Source: an uncultured Candidatus Saccharibacteria bacterium | GTDB lineage: Bacteria; Patescibacteriota; Saccharimonadia; Saccharimonadales; Saccharimonadaceae | DNA length: 64,000 bases | Assembly (NCBI GenBank): GCA_963718685.1 | Contig: OY970356.1 | Location: 497,031-561,030 of the forward strand | Direction of reading: 5' to 3' | Shown: piece after piece, positions 63,375 to 64,000 of the stretch | Numbering within the stretch: position 1 is the stretch's first letter | Layout: every line of letters starts with the position of its first letter | Notes under the pieces: model-generated | Databases searched by the model: none | Seen by the model: the letters and a program-made list of their open reading frames with translations, nothing else | Told to the model about the DNA's origin: nothing | Position numbers and translations under genes: made by a program

Positions 63375-64000
63375 ATGACGATTGAAAATTGGATAAACGA
63401 TTCTCTGCAAAAGCTCAAAAAAACTAGCGTAGACTCTCCGCGCAGCGATGTGTTTGCAATACTTGAAAATATAACCGGCAAAGACCGTACGTGGATAGTA
63501 GCCCACTCAGAGCATTCGCTTTCAGAATCTGATTTAAAAAAACTAAATAATTTAATAGAGCGCCGAGTGAGACGCGAACCTTTAGCTTACATATTAGGCA
63601 AAGTGTGGTTTTACGGACGAGTTTTTAAGGTAACGCCCGATGTGCTAATCCCCCGCCCTGAGTCGGAAGATTTTATAGACATTTTAAAAGATATTAAACC
63701 AAGCTCACTAGCAGATATCGGAACGGGTAGCGGCTGCTTAGCTATAAGTGCGAAATTAGAGCTTCCGGAGTGCCAAGTAACGGCTGTCGACATTAGTCAG
63801 GCCGCCTTAAAAATAGCCTGGCAAAATGCCAAAGACCATAAGACGGATATTTCCTTCTTGAACGGTTCTTTGTTTGAGCCGATTAAAACTGAGTCTGAAG
63901 CAATCGTAGCCAATCTTCCTTATGTGCCGGAAGACTTTATAGCCAGCCCGGAAATTGAAACCGAGCCTAGGCAGGCTTGGTCTGCCGGTGAAGACGGGCT
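63375..64000 (+). CDS. prmC: release-factor glutamine methyltransferase (partial, runs off the right edge)
   Basis: My translation: MTIENWINDSLQKL...REPLAYILGKVWFYGRVFKVTPDVLIPRPESE...LADIGTGSGCLAIS...IVANLPYV. Absent from the ORF track because it has no stop in the window. Confidence 0.75.
   Translation, partial: MTIENWINDSLQKLKKTSVDSPRSDVFAILENITGKDRTWIVAHSEHSLSESDLKKLNNLIERRVRREPLAYILGKVWFYGRVFKVTPDVLIPRPESEDFIDILKDIKPSSLADIGTGSGCLAISAKLELPECQVTAVDISQAALKIAWQNAKDHKTDISFLNGSLFEPIKTESEAIVANLPYVPEDFIASPEIETEPRQAWSAGEDG

Noticed and set aside
1-64000. CRISPR arrays, rRNA or tRNA genes, IS elements and integrases
   Set aside because: Every intergenic spacer longer than 100 nt was read. I found no regularly spaced repeats, cloverleaf-capable sequences, transposase/integrase-like ORFs or long terminal inverted repeats.

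Overview
Dense 64-kb window, mostly minus-strand genes, from a small-genome bacterium with a Gram-positive-type envelope (LPXTG signal, CHAP hydrolase, FtsEX, class A PBP). Short EF-Ts and an INS-less ProRS suggest a Patescibacteria/Saccharibacteria-like organism; this is inference only. All calls rest on motifs read by eye in the supplied translations and on DNA I read myself. No searches were run. I recognise about 70 protein genes and no rRNA, tRNA, CRISPR array, transposase or integrase. Housekeeping blocks: glyQS-recO, xseAB, rpmA, ftsEX with a PcsB-like hydrolase and Ctp, prfB, murI/murD, secA, hpf, serS, tgt, lysS, greA, proS, rseP, frr, tsf, rpsB, rpmE, prfA, prmC. The stand-out is an accessory island at about 38.7-50.7 kb. 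It starts with a GC-rich Mu-Gam-like gene convergent on a seven-gene Type I R-M operon whose genes overlap start-to-stop. That operon carries four non-R-M genes inserted between hsdM, hsdS and hsdR: a small HEPN protein with an RNIFAH motif, a single-pass membrane protein, an Abi_C-like helical protein and a Schlafen/AlbA_2-like protein. I propose this as an R-M-coupled, PrrC-like second-line RNase module. Next to it lie a DUF3800 cassette flanked by ~70-bp direct repeats and a class II Fic gene with operator-like repeats. Other observations: a class A PBP split by two +1 frame disruptions at homopolymer runs, carrying thrombospondin-type-3-like repeats; a 62-aa protein that is little more than an LPXTG sorting signal; tandem Clp_N paralogues whose noncoding flanks are more conserved than their coding regions; a recurrent -10 box with no Shine-Dalgarno 6-11 nt upstream of many housekeeping start codons (possible leaderless mRNAs); a GC-rich cassette between tsf and frr; and three acidic paralogues splitting prfA from prmC.
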